This document shows positions 1 to 12,157 of a stretch of DNA of 43,335 bases, one piece after another. Both the position numbers and the translations under genes were made by a program. Source of the DNA: Octopus sinensis (taxonomy: Eukaryota). The notes below the pieces were generated by a model. It had not been told where the DNA came from and did no database searches. It saw only the letters and a program-made list of their open reading frames with translations. The stretch is from the NCBI RefSeq assembly GCF_006345805.1, contig NW_021834891.1:1-43335 (forward strand). The letters run 5' to 3'. Position 1 is the stretch's first letter. Each line of letters opens with the position of its first letter.

Positions 1-843
1 TTGGCAGTGGAGTTGGTTATATCTTTCTTCGTTTGCTCATGGAACTACCATAATATTAGCTGTGCTGAGACACAATCATATTCATAGTAATGAAGGCTAT
101 ATGTTCTTTACTCAGATTATATACAATCTATATTGATATCTAGTATTGCACCGTCAAGCACAGTGCCATTCTATCACATATATACCCAATTCTCATGATA
201 ATTAATAAGCTATAATTCATTAACTCTCTTACATTTGTATGTCTGAAATGTAAACTTATTTTGTCATAGGAACATCCTGTACCCTCACCTTACATTTTAT
301 ATCTTGTTAGGGATCATGTTGGGGAAGGGTGTATGGAATTTGGCTTGTGGAGATGATTTTTAGGGGACAGATTGTGTGCGGGGTGGAGGGTATGCACATA
401 AAGGACATGTCTTTATGACCTCAGTTTTACTTAATTAGAGAGGAATGTTGATTAGTGAATTCTAGAGATGAGAGGACTGTGCCATGCCATAAATTTGGCA
501 CAGTTATAAGAAAAGAAAGACAATGCTAAGAGAAAACTGTCATCAAGTGTTAATTAAATGAGATAATTGGTACATTGTTAGAATATTTAATGTGTTTTTA
601 GAGAGAGAGAGAGAGAGGGAGAGGGTGGATTTAGAAATGTTAGTCTGTTTTATTGTGGACATATTGGGCTATTACATGGGACCACTGTAGAAAGTACAGA
701 AATATTGACCAAAACCATAATGGTCAACATTTGACCAGTAACGACAGGAATTGAATGTCTCACAATAACAAGATAGAGTTTAATAAAAATAAAGATGAAG
801 AAAGTTTATTTTTAAATGTAAAACTTGGAAATATTTATTTCAG

Positions 844-921
844 GGGCTCCAAAGTGTGAGGACAGGTGTGTACAAACAGAGGCTACATGTCAGGAATTAG
901 GGGCTGCATCTCAGGCAATAG
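844..921 (+). CDS. Candidate 78-nt symmetric (phase 1-1) internal exon, APKCEDRCVQTEATCQELGAASQAI
   Basis: Acceptor tatttatttcag| and donor |gtgagt. Length is a multiple of 3 and the frame is open. Paralogous to 4199-4276, 7516-7563 and 10073-10143. Confidence 0.6.
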
Positions 922-1170
922 GTGAGTATAAAATAATAGTTCCCAATTGATTTCTGTAAGGTTTTCTTCCCCGCGAGTATTGTGCTCGAAAGAATAACTG
1001 AAAACAGCTTCCATTCCTATTTTCCAATTGAACGATTATCTGTATAATAATTGAATTAAAGATATCGATTTACTGAGAGTTTATGAAATACCCATTGAGG
1101 TTAATGCTGTTGGTAATAATGTTCAAATTAGAAGACACAATAGAGTTAATTTTGTCATTTGGTCACAGAA

Positions 1171-2010
1171 CTCATCATCATCATCATCATCATCATTTAA
1201 CATTCGTTTCTTATGGCGGCATGGGTCGGACGATTTCACTGGCAAGGCAGTAGGCTGCGTCAGGCTGCAATGTGATCTGGCAAGGTTTCCACATATGTAT
1301 GCCATTGCTAACGCCAACCACTCCGAGAGTGTGGTGGGTGCTTTTTACGTGCCACCGACACAGGAGCCAGTTGAAGTTGGGGCTGGCATCGACCACGTTC
1401 GGAAGGTGCTTTTTACGTGCCAACGGCACAGGGAACCAGTCAGGCGGCACTGGCAACAAACAATGTTTGAATGGTACTTATTATGTGCCACCGGAACGGG
1501 TGCCAGCCAGGCGGCACTGGCATCGGTCACAACTACAATTTCCATTTTGATTTTGATCTTGATTTGATTTTGATTTGTGATTTCTGGTTTTTGGTTTTAC
1601 TTGACTCAGAAATTCTTCTCAAGCACAACTTATCACTCTGTGATTCAAGGGTACTTTTAAAAAGGGCTGGTTATGTGCCACTGGTATAGGCTACAGCTGT
1701 GATCTCACTTCACTTGCCGGGTCCTCTTAATCACGTCATATTTACAGAGGTCCCTGTCTCTTGCCATTACCTCTGTGAGGCCCAACGTTCGAAGGTCGTT
1801 TCACCACGTCATCCCCTGTCTTCCTGGGTCACTCCTTTCCACGGGTTCGTTCCACTGTTAGGGTGTAACACTTCTTCCCACAGCTCTCCTCATCCATACA
1901 CATGACAATACCAGTGCAGTTGTCTCTCTTGTACACCACATCTGATGCTTCTTATGTCTAACACTTCTCTCAGGCCTCTTCCCTCTGCCTTGTGTGCACA
2001 CTGACATCGT
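1171..2010 (-). mobile_element. 5'-truncated RTE-type LINE (decayed ORF2 C-terminus, 3'UTR and (GAT)n tail)
   Basis: The minus strand of ~1700-2000 reads ..EVLDIRSIRCGVQERQLHWY..MDEESCGKKC..DLRTLGLTEVMARDRD.., matching the copy at 22055-22366. (CAT)n tail at ~1171-1196. Confidence 0.8.
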
Positions 2011-2258
2011 TGCGTTCAAATTATTTAATGAATGATAGTCATTGTTATTTGACCAGGAAATGAATTAATCATTAGTATTTGGCAGTGGACTTGGTTATAT
2101 CTTTCTTCGTTTGCTCATGGAACTACCATAATATTAGCTGTGCTGAGACACAATCATATTCATTGTAATGAAGGTTATATGTTCTTTACTCAGATTATAT
2201 ACAATCTATATTGATATCTAGTATTGTACCGTCAAGCACAGTGCCATTCTATCACATA

Positions 2259-2825
2259 CACTTGCGTCGGAAATTAATTAGCACTTCTCAAATTTCTACA
2301 TTTTCTTACATTTTCTTAATTTAATTACCTTATTATCAGAAACGAACTCGTTTTTAATCAAAAATTTATTAAAACATATCCCAGCACACCACATAATTGA
2401 TATTAATCGTGAAATTTAGTCAATATCTTGTTGCTCCTCCTTTGGCAGCAATGACGGCTGCTACGCGGGTCGGCATGCTGTCTATGAGTGCCTGCAGGTA
2501 CTGTGCAGGGATGGCCCCTCATGCAGCAAGAAGTGCCCCAAACAGCTCGTGTCGGTTCCTGTATTGCTGCACATTCAAATCCCTACTTAATCGACTCCAG
2601 AGGTTCTCAATAGGGTTCAGGTCAGGTGACTGGCCAGCACGTACTCCTCGCCACCAAAGAGGTATCCCGTACTATCTCAACATACTTTGCTGCGTTGATG
2701 TTGCCTTCGACGGCATAGAGCCGCCCAACACAACTGTAGCTGAACGCCCCTCACACCATCAGACCACCCCCACCATGCTTCATGGTGAGCAAATCAAGGG
2801 TGCTAATTAATTTCTGACGGTAGTG
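2259..2825 (-). mobile_element. Internally deleted Tc1/mariner element (567 bp) with 26-bp TIRs and a TA target-site duplication
   Basis: Left TIR cacttgcgtcggaaattaattagcac; right TIR gtgctaattaatttctgacggtagtg. TA at 2257-2258 and 2826-2827. Minus 2636-2420 reads GQSPDLNPIENLWSRL..AA*GAIPAQYLQALIDSMPTRVAAVIAAKGGATRY* (Tc1 transposase C-terminus). Empty sites are present in the paralogous units near 178 and 3540. Confidence 0.95.
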
Positions 2826-3214
2826 TATATACCCAATTATCATGATAATTAATAAGCTATAATTCATTAACTCTCTTACATTTGTATGTCTGAAATGTAA
2901 ACTTATTTTGTCATAGGAACATCGTGTACCCTCACCTTACATTTTACAACTTGTTAGGGATCATGTTGTGGAGATGATTTCAGAGGACAGATTGTGTGCG
3001 GGGTGGAGGGTATGCACATAAAGGACAGTCTTTATGACCTCAGTTTTACTTAAAGAGAGAGATGTGTGATAGTGAATTCTAGAGATGAGAGGACAGTGCC
3101 ATGCCATAGATTTGGCACAGTTATAGAAAAGAAAGACAAAGCTAAGAGAAAACTCTTATCAAGTGTTAATTAAATGAGATAATTAGTACGTTGTTAGAAT
3201 ATTTAATGTGTTTC

Positions 3215-3248
<34 letters not shown>

Positions 3249-4198
3249 GAATTTAGGAATGTTAGTCTGTTTTATTGTGGACATATTGGGCTATTACATG
3301 GGACCACTGTAGAAAGTACAGAAATATTGACCAAAACCATAGTGGTCAACATTTGACCAGTAACGACAGGAATTGAATGTCTCACAATAACAAGATCGAG
3401 TTTAATAAAAATAAAGATAAAGAAAGATCGAGACACAATCATATTCATTGTAATGAAGGTTATATGATCTTTACTCAGATTATATACAATCTATATTGAT
3501 ATCTAGTATTGCACCGTCAAGCACAGTGCCATTGTATCACATATATACCCAATTATCATGATAATTAATAAGCTATAATTCATTAACTCTCTTACATTTG
3601 TATGTCTGAAATGTTAACATATTTTGTCATAGGAACATCGTGTACCTCACCTTACATTTTATATCTTGTTAGGATCATGTTGGGGAAGGGTGGGTGTTTG
3701 GAATTTGGCTTGTGGAGATGATTTTTAGGGGACAGATTGTGTGCGGGGTGGAGGGTATGTACATAAAGGACAGTCTTTATGACCTCAGTTTTACTTAATT
3801 AGAGAGGAATGTTGATTAGTGAATTCTAGAGATGAGAGGACTGTGCCATGCCATAGATTTGGCAGTTATAAGAAAAGAAAGACAAAGCTAAGAGAAAACT
3901 CTTATCAAGTGTTAATTAAATGAGATAATTGGTACATTGTTAGAATATTTAATGTGTTTTAGAGAGAGAGAGAGAGAGAGGGTGGATTTAGGAATGTTAG
4001 CCTGTTTTATTGTGGACATATTGGGCTATTACATGGGACCACTGTAGAAAGTACAGAAATATTGACCAAAACCATAATGGTCAACATTTGACCGGTAAGG
4101 TCACCAATTGAATGACTCACAATAACAAGATAGTTTAATAAAAATAAAGATACAGACATTTTAATATCAAATGTAAAACTTGGAAATATTTATTTCAG

Positions 4199-4276
4199 GG
4201 GCTCCAAAGTCTGAAGACAGGTGTGTAAAAAAAGAGGCTACATGTCAGGAATTAGGGGCTGCATCTCAGGCAATTG
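4199..4276 (+). CDS. Candidate 78-nt symmetric exon, second copy, APKSEDRCVKKEATCQELGAASQAI
   Basis: tatttcag|GGGCTCC...GCAATTG|gtgagt. Open frame; duplicate of 844-921. Confidence 0.6.
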
Positions 4277-4529
4277 GTGAGTATAAAATAATAGTTCCCA
4301 ATTGATTTCTGTAAGGTTTTCTTCCCCCGAGTATATTGTGCTTGAAAGAATAACTGAAAACAGCTTCCATTCCTATTTTCCAATTGAACAATTATCTGTA
4401 TAATAATTGTATTAAAGATATCGATTTACTGTGAGTTTATGAAATACCCATTGAGGTTAATGCTGTTGGTAATAATGTTCAAATTTTAAGACACAAAAGA
4501 GTTAATTTTGTCATTTGGTCACAGAACGC

Positions 4530-5375
4530 ATCATCATCATCATCATCACCATCATCATTTAACATCCGTTTCTTATGGTGGCATGGGTCGGACGATTTCA
4601 CTGGCAAGGCAGTAGGCTGCGTCAGGCTGCAATGTGATCTGGTAAGGTTTCCACATATGTATGCCATTCCTAACGCCAACCACTCCGAGAGTGTGGTGGG
4701 TGCCTTTTACGTGCCACCGACACAGGAGCCAGTTGAAGTTGGGGCTGGCATTAACCACGTTCGGAAGGTACTTTTTATGTGCCAACGGCACAGGGAACCA
4801 GTCAGGCGGCTCTGTCAACAAACAATGTTTGAATGGTACTTATTATGTGCCACCGGCACGGGTGCCAACCAGGCGGCACTGGCATCGGCCGTAATTACAA
4901 TTTCCATTTTGATTTCGATCTTGATTTGATTTTGATTTGTGATTTCTGGTTTTTGGTTTTACTTGACTCAGAAATTCTTCTCAAGCGCAACTTATCACTC
5001 TGTGATTCAAGGGTACTTTTAAAAAGGGCTGGTTATGCGCCACTGGTATATGCTACAGCCATGATCTCACTTCAATTGCCGGGTCCTCTTAATCACATCA
5101 TATTTACAGAGGTCTCTGTCTCTTGCCATTACCTCTGTGAGGCCCAACGTTCGAAGGTCGTTTCACCACGTCATGCCTGTCTTCCTGGGTCACCCCTTTC
5201 CACGGGTTCCTTCCACTGTTAGGGTGTAACACTTCTTCCCACAATTCTCCTCATCCATACCCATAACCATACCAGTGCAGTTGTCTCTCTTGTACACCAC
5301 ATCTGATGCTTCTTATGTCTAACACTTCTCTCAGGCCTCTTCACTCTGCCTTGTGTGCACACTGACATCGTTGCG
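4530..5375 (-). mobile_element. 5'-truncated RTE-type LINE, duplicate of 1171-2010
   Basis: Near-identical to 1171-2010 and in the same position within the duplicated unit. Confidence 0.8.
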
Positions 5376-6474
5376 TTCAAATTATTTAATGGAAGTTAGT
5401 CATTGTTATTTGACCAGGAAATGAATTAATCATTAGTATTTGGCAGTGGACTTGGTTATATCTTTCTTCGTTTGCTCATGGAACTACCATAATATTAGCT
5501 GTGCTGAGACACAATCATATTCATTGTGATGAAGGTTATATGTTCTTTACTCAGATTATATACAATCTATATTGATATCTAATAATGACCGAGAACAGGT
5601 TCCACTGCTAGATTTCATTTGAATGCTTAGCTATAAAGAAATTCTGTTCTTCTACAACAACACGAATATCCAATAAATGTACTTTATGCAAACATCAGTT
5701 ACTCATTCACTCGCAGAAAGAAAGATACAAAAATTAAATATAAACCCTGAAACGGTTCTCTCCCGTTAAGGAGAATATTCGCCCTGTTTGTCATCTCATT
5801 GTACTCATTCATTCTCTCTCTCTCACTCATGCTCTTTCTCTCCGTCTTTTCAAGAAAGATGCTGGTTAAAAGTTTCAATACAATAAATGATATCATCCTC
5901 ATCTGCTCTCCATGCTCCCATACACTAGGTGGGTCATCACTGTCCAAGTCAGTTGTATCTGAAATTACTGCCAACCGTCATTTGTTGAGGAAAACATCTC
6001 ACTTAAACATTGCAGCTTTTCTAAGGTGGTAGACCCTTTCTAACCCCAACCATTTTATAAAGGGTCCTGGGTATATTTTATTGTCGCACAAGCATTAGAA
6101 ATGATCAATTTCCCAACAATATCAAACGTTACTTTCAAACTTGTGGTGTCATCTTTCCTAGTTTCCAACAACCACTTCCTAATGTGTTCTGGGAGCATTT
6201 AATTATAGCACAAGTAGTAATCAAGTTGTGCTACATTCTATATAATGAGACGGTCCTCACTACTCTATGATGTTTTGCTTCACTGAAGCTGATGACATTT
6301 TCAGGAGGTGAGAAGGGAATGTGATGACAAAAGAATCAGGATGCGGGGAGAGAAATTTGCAATACCCCCTCTCCCGGCTGTGGGGTCTTTGTCTTACATG
6401 TCTTTTGGCTAAATATTCCAGTACTTGTGCGTTACACAAAGGGGCCACGTACACTCTGTGAGGTGGTTGGCATC

Positions 6475-6617
6475 AATAAGAACATCCTACCGTAGAAAAC
6501 CATGCCAAAGAAACCATCTGGGGCCTGGTGCAGTTGTCTGGCTTGTCAGATCCTGTCAAGATTTCCAACCCATTCCAGCATGGAAAACAAACTTTGAATG
6601 TTGATGATGATGATGAT
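6475..6617 (+). mobile_element. Old 3' tail fragment of the RTE-type element with a (GAT)n tail
   Basis: ggttggcatc...ccaacccattccagcatggaaaa...gatgatgatgatg is the diverged reverse complement of the tails at 1171, 15158 and 21697. Confidence 0.55.
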
Positions 6618-7049
6618 GTCTTCCAGTAACTCATCATAATTCTTTGTCTTAGATTGTTACAGTAGTTTCCTGTCTGGTATAACATATTAGCTCAGTATAA
6701 TAATATCGATTGTGGAAACCGATTCAGTGATTTTGATAACATTCATATTGAACAGAGAACATATGTTCACATTTGAACAAAACATTGATGCTAACATATG
6801 CAATACATGGAAAGGAATGAACGTATGAGATTCCAGTGTGACTTGAACTCACAACTCTTTTCTAACTATATATATATAATTATCGCTTGTTACGATGTTT
6901 GAATAACGTTTACTGTCCATATATAGACATCGTTATACTGACAATTGTTGGCTTTGAGATGGTTTCAATTGTAAGAGAGTCACTGTTTTCAGTCTTCCAC
7001 ATTTTGGTTTTACTTCCGACTTGATTGTTATGTTGAAATTAGATCATGG

Positions 7050-7900
7050 AACCTGGTCATTGTTATTTGACCAAGAAAAGAATTCATCATTAGTATTCGG
7101 TACTGGAAATGGTTACATTTTTCTATGGTTTCTCATGGAACTACCATAATATCAACTGTGCTGAGACACAACCATTTTACAATGTAACAAATGTCACATG
7201 TTCTTCACACAGATTTTATACAATCTATATTGATAGTTAGTGTTTAAACGCCGCATTAACATGATAATTAATCAGCTATCATTCATTAACTCTCTTAAAC
7301 TTGTCTGTGTGAATGTTTCATAGCATTATCTTGTACCCTCATCTGATATTTTACACCTTGTTACCCTCAAAGTTAACATAACTTTTACATGGGTACACAA
7401 CCACATCCCTACGAAATGGTTTTTACAGCTGTATGCCCTTCCCACAATTATAAAGTGTTGATTATCAATAACTATAATGAAATTATACTATAAAACTTGA
7501 AAATATTCATTTCAAAGACTCCAACTTCTGTGAAGGATGCCTTGACAACATCACAGCCAGTTGGTGAGAAGCAAATAACAGTACCTCATGGATTTCTATA
7601 TTTTTAACCTTCACCTGAGCATTTGTAGTTTATCAGAATGACTGAGGACAAGATCCATTCCTAATTTACATCTGAAATATTAGCTGTATAATAATTCTAT
7701 TAGACATTTTGATATCAATGGAATTTCACAAAATATCCAACGGGGTTGGCATGGTTCAGAAAATGGATAATTTAGAAGACAATAGAATTAATACTGTATT
7801 TTGAAACGGAGGACTAAAATATGTAGTTACTAAGTTTACTGATAGGTTATTGCTGTTGTTGCTATTTAGGCAAATATCTCTCATAATGTGACAGATTTAC
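7050..7900 (+). repeat. Older diverged copy of the intron-exon cassette, containing a degenerate 48-nt exon (7516-7563, TPTSVKDALTTSQPV)
   Basis: Shares gtcattgttatttgacc, catggaactaccataat and aaaacttgaaaatattcatttca with units 1 and 2. The donor |gtgag is retained, but the acceptor cag has become caa. Confidence 0.7.
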
Positions 7901-8314
7901 AATGAAATGTGTTCCTTATGTGAACACCCTGCCTTTTTTTTTCACTGATAATAAATTTATCATTACATCCCCTAAACATTGTCTTTATCCATGTAAAAGT
8001 ATTAGGTTTGATGTTGAGACAACCGTTCTCTCTCTCTCCCTCTCTCTCCAAGATAGACACTGATGACCCTCATCCTTCATCATCTGATGTCTATGCTCCG
8101 ATCGATGGATGGATGATTCCTATCCATGTCAGTTCTTATTAACAAATACTGTCCCCTTGATTGGATGAGGAACACATTCCGGCTTTTCTATGGTGATGTG
8201 CCTTTCCTAACATCAACCGCTTTAAAAAGTCCTTGGGCACAATTTTGCTCCAAAAGCACTAGAAAAATGATCATGTTGTCAACAAAATTAAACGCTCCTC
8301 TTTAACTTCTACAG

Positions 8315-9330
8315 GAAATTCTGTTTGCAGATACTGAGAACAAAGCTAAATACAATAAAGATGAACTGGATGGATATATGCAGAGATCCAAAGCAAAAGC
8401 AATGATTCCCATTCATAGACAGTTTGAAATGTCCATTGAAACCAGCAATCAAATACCTATTGATTAGTTCAGACTAATTTCAACTTGAATATAAATGGCA
8501 AGATTTACAAGGTTGTATTCACAAAGAGATCAACTGTAAATCTACAGAATAATGAATATGGGACTAAAAGTATCTCGAAGACTGGAATCCTCTGGCATTC
8601 CTGCTGGGTGGAACATGTGTCTTAAATCTAGGATGTGATACAAGACGGAAAGAAGAATAAAAGGGATTGAATGTTGTGTGATTTGATCTGGTTTATGGTT
8701 CTCTAGCAAACAAATTGTTGATGGAAGCAGTGGACCTGTTTTATATATGAGAAAAGATTAAGGATCTGATGAGGAGCTGCTATAACAATTTCAATATGCA
8801 GTTCATGAGGAAAACTTTCTCGATAGACTGGTATCATTTTGAAACGGGAATTGCTGTAGTTTTCTACAAATCAGTCATTTGGTTTGTGATTGTTATGGAG
8901 ATGTTACTTAAATCAGCAGATTGATAAGAAATGGCTCAAAGGAAAACCACTCGAGAAGACATTAATGGATTACATAACAATAGTAACAACAAATAAAGGA
9001 TATGCAAATAGTTCTGGATTAACTGGGTAGACTGAGGAACTTGGTGAAGAATGTGCTTCAATGCAAATGGGTAATGACCCGTCATTTGTGAAAGGTCAGC
9101 AGAAACAAGTGAAGGTCAAAATAGCAGGAGAAACCCTGATGAAGTTTAAAGGGAACTTGAAAAACTATTACGACGATGGTAAACTACCTATTTTGCAATA
9201 ATAGTAAAGGCATTGAGATCACGTCACAGAACGAAGATGGGTTAAAAGAAATAAATATGCCAAACATTCTGGAAAATAAAAGATTTGGAGCTCGCACTTT
9301 GTATTCCCGTCTTTCTTATATATTTTTGAG
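8315..9330 (+). pseudogene. Decayed coding-like segment (possible dead large exon), product uncertain
   Basis: Starts at acceptor aacttctacag| with a 50-codon open stretch (EILFADTENKAKYNKDELDGYMQRSK...). Further open stretches follow, broken by stops and frameshifts. Confidence 0.35.
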
Positions 9331-9519
9331 TATCAGTCCTTTTGTACCATTTCAGATGTCTTCACTGCATTAATGTGTAGATGTCCAGTTGTATGTAGTT
9401 AATGGGGTTTTGTACAAGTGTGCAGTGTTTTAGGACACCTGATATCACTTTTTGTTTCATCTGTGGAGAACTGATCATTGCTCACCTTTATTAAGGAGTC
9501 TTAAAATATTCCCTGCACC

Positions 9520-10450
9520 AGATAATGACCAGGTGATCTGGGATGTAGGATGATAAAATTCAGATTTTCCAACAGCAAAGAGAACTGGTATTATGTTTAT
9601 TTTACTTGAAGTGGTGTGTCATGCATTTGTGACGAGATCTTTGGAGACCACATTGGATGATATTGCACTTTAGCAGAAGATGAGGAGAATGGTGGTTAGT
9701 GAAGTCTAGAGTTCAGAGGACAGTCGCATGTCATAGATTGGTTCAGAGATATATCAAAGGAGAGAGAGAACTATGAGAAGAAACAGTCTCATGAAATGAT
9801 AATTAAATAAATAATTGCAACATTGTTAGATTATGTAGGATGTCTCTTTAAAGAGAAACAAAGTTTCGGAAAGTTAGTCTATTTTGTTGCGGGCCTAAAT
9901 ATTGAGCTATTACCTGGTCCCACAATGGAAAGTATAAAAATACTGAGCAAAACCCTAGTGGTCACCAGCCAACCACTGATGATAACAATGTCCCACAACA
10001 ATAAACTACAGAATATTTATAGAGATAAATAAGTTTTACAATAATTATATAACTTGGAAATATTTATTTCAGAGAGTCCAGTTCTGAAGGAGAGGATCTT
10101 CTGAGAGTGGCTAAGAGGTTAGGAAGTGATTGGTGGCAAGTGGGTGAGTATATTTGATTTCTCTATATATTTACTTTCACCCATCTATTTTATTTGTCAG
10201 AATGAATGAGAACAAGTTACATTCCTCATCCCATTGATAGGTTATCTGTATGACAATTTTTATTACGATATTCCTGATATTTCATAAAATATCCACTGAG
10301 GTTAGCATGGTTGGTAATAATGGATAAACTAGAAAATAAAATGGCGTTTAATATTATCTTTTGGAAGAGGAACTAAATATATTGTTTAAGGGTAAACAGA
10401 TGAGTGAATTTGTTTTACATTTTCTTTAGGTTCACTGTTAGGTTATTGTA
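9520..10450 (+). repeat. Older diverged copy of the same intron-exon cassette, carrying the first death-domain exon
   Basis: aacttggaaatatttatttcag at ~10051-10072, plus upstream and downstream intron motifs homologous to units 1-3 (e.g. gaaagtataaaaatactgagcaaaaccc, atatccactgaggtt). Confidence 0.7.
10073..10143 (+). CDS. Death-domain N-terminal exon (ESSSEGEDLLRVAKRLGSDWWQV)
   Basis: tatttatttcag| ... GTGG|gtgagt. The LLRVAKRLGSDW motif matches death-fold helices 1-2 (L..vA..lG.dW..l). 71 nt, so the 5' phase is ambiguous. Confidence 0.65.
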
Positions 10451-11159
10451 ATGAAGGACAAGTACCAAAGTTAACATCTAAAACAAAGCATCTTTCTTCA
10501 AACAGAAGACTTTGAGTTTGGTTCTTCTTGCAGCCATTATTTATTGGATTATTGTGTTGGAAGCTGATAATTCCAATTTAGATTTGTCATTTTGTAATGA
10601 CTTTACCACATGACATATGTCTGTAAATGCTTCAATAAAAAGAGATTTAATAAAGGTGACACAGCGAAATCCTATCATACTCCTCAGGCGAAAACAGAGA
10701 ATTCCTTTAAGGGAATTTACCAGAAAATGAACATTCACAAGTCAAGCCGAACTGGAGGTGGCATCTCTCATTGAGACTGACATAATAATAACTGAATAGG
10801 CTCTGTAGAATTGATTGAACCTGGAGTTCATTGGAGAAGTTTGAAATGGGTTGAATTTGACTTAGAATTATCGACTGTTGGACAATCACTGATCATTCGA
10901 TTTCTAGTGTCCTCTTGGGAACTTTGCAAAGTAGTAGATGGCACAGAGGGACAGTACTTTCATGACCCTTTGAATACCAGGTCTGAAATCTACCAGAATA
11001 AGACAGATATATGGGATTCCTCTAAAGGGTTTTTGGAGTAATGTTACTCAATAGGATTTATAGTTCAGGGATCTGGGAGTCTCTCCAGGTTGAGCCACGT
11101 CTCCTCCACATCTGTGGTACCTCGGACATGTGATCAGGGTGTTGCAGGAATGAATTACA

Positions 11160-11335
11160 GGACATGTTCTCAAAGTCAAACCAATGGAACAGGATACCGA
11201 GGGGGAGGCCAAGAAAGAAATGGTTGGATGATATCCATAGTCTTAGTTCTTCACATCATAGAATACAAGCAGAATGTCTAATGATGGATGCTTCTGATAG
11301 GACCCTATGGAGGAGGTGCCTGAGGACTCTTTCCC
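11160..11335 (+). mobile_element. Old RTE-like LINE C-terminal remnant within the intron
   Basis: Translation RIPRGRPRKKWLDDI...MDASDRTLWRR matches the RGRP..W.D.I...A.DR..WR end of RTE ORF2. Confidence 0.6.
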
Positions 11336-11711
11336 CACAGCCCTTTCAAGAATATTGAGCAGAGGAAATGGATGGATCATATGCTTTCTTCACTGTTGGA
11401 GGTCAATGTTAATTCTTGAGGTTCTGATATACTTTTGCCTTCACAAAAGTTTTCCTGCCCTCGTTTACCATATATTTTCTCAAGTATAATTTTCAATTAA
11501 TTTTCTTTAAAAATCTCGTTTAATTCAAACTCTTTGTTATTTTTGTCAATAGAAAACATTGTCTTATATTTTTCATGTTTCTTAGCTATTTCTTTTTTAC
11601 TTCTCTATTGATAAAGTTTGTTTGTTATATTCATAACAACCTACAGTACACAGCGTTTTATGTTATTGTCAATGTTGTTGCATTTATTTCTTATTGTTGT
11701 GTCTTTTGCAG

Positions 11712-11910
11712 CTATTTTTTAGGAGTTGATACAACTGAACTGAAAATTGATGATGAGTCTATTGACACTGTAAAACAAGGCTACCTGATGCTTCGCGAAT
11801 GGTTCAAAAATTGCGACCCAGAAACACGGACACACGCAACATTAAGTGCAGCTCTTGAAGAAGCTGAATGTTTCACTGCGATGGAATGTCTGTCATTAGA
11901 CGCAAAGTGA
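11712..11910 (+). CDS. Terminal death-domain exon (..LGVDTTELKIDDESIDTVKQGYLMLREWFKNCDPETRTHATLSAALEEAECFTAMECLSLDAK*)
   Basis: Acceptor gtcttttgcag| at 11711, or tttttag| at 11722. Death-domain pattern LG....EL..I....Q...ML..W......L..AL. TGA at 11908-11910. Confidence 0.75.
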
Positions 11911-12151
11911 ATTTCCATGTAACTGTTGTTGTTTAGCTTCAGATTAACCTTGACCAAACAGAGTCTTTTGATCAAACGCATTCCAGCCAGGACCATCATG
12001 CCTATTTCCAAAGAGAACCCCAACCATCTCGTCCAATATGCCCTTCTGTACAGTGATATCGTGTGAATTTAGCTGCTAATTCTAGCAGGTATATCAACCA
12101 CATTGTGATCCCATCACTGGTTTTGCTCCTTTGTTAAAAATTCACTTTTAA

Positions 12152-12157
12152 AATAAA
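12152..12157 (+). promoter_or_regulatory. Candidate polyadenylation signal (AATAAA) of the death-domain gene
   Basis: AATAAA ~240 nt after the stop, followed by T/GT-rich sequence. Confidence 0.4.

Larger units (their letters stand above)
1..5583. repeat. Recent tandem segmental duplication of an intron-exon cassette (unit 1 = 1-2078; unit 2 = 2079-5439, enlarged by an internal duplication and a Tc1 insertion; third unit starts at 5440)
   Basis: The near-identical block ttggcagtgga..ttggttatatctttcttcgtttgctcatggaactacc starts at 1, 2079 and 5440. A re-entry at ~3429 (gagacacaatcatattc) duplicates roughly positions 67-795 of the unit. Confidence 0.95.

Noticed and set aside
2397-2810. 137-aa + strand ORF
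   Set aside because: It is the antisense reading of the Tc1 transposase remnant.
10430-10520. Possible extra exon after ttttctttag (GSLLGYCNEGQ..) in the death-domain gene
   Set aside because: There is no convincing donor, the frame ends in a stop, and the sequence resembles intronic parts of the other cassettes.
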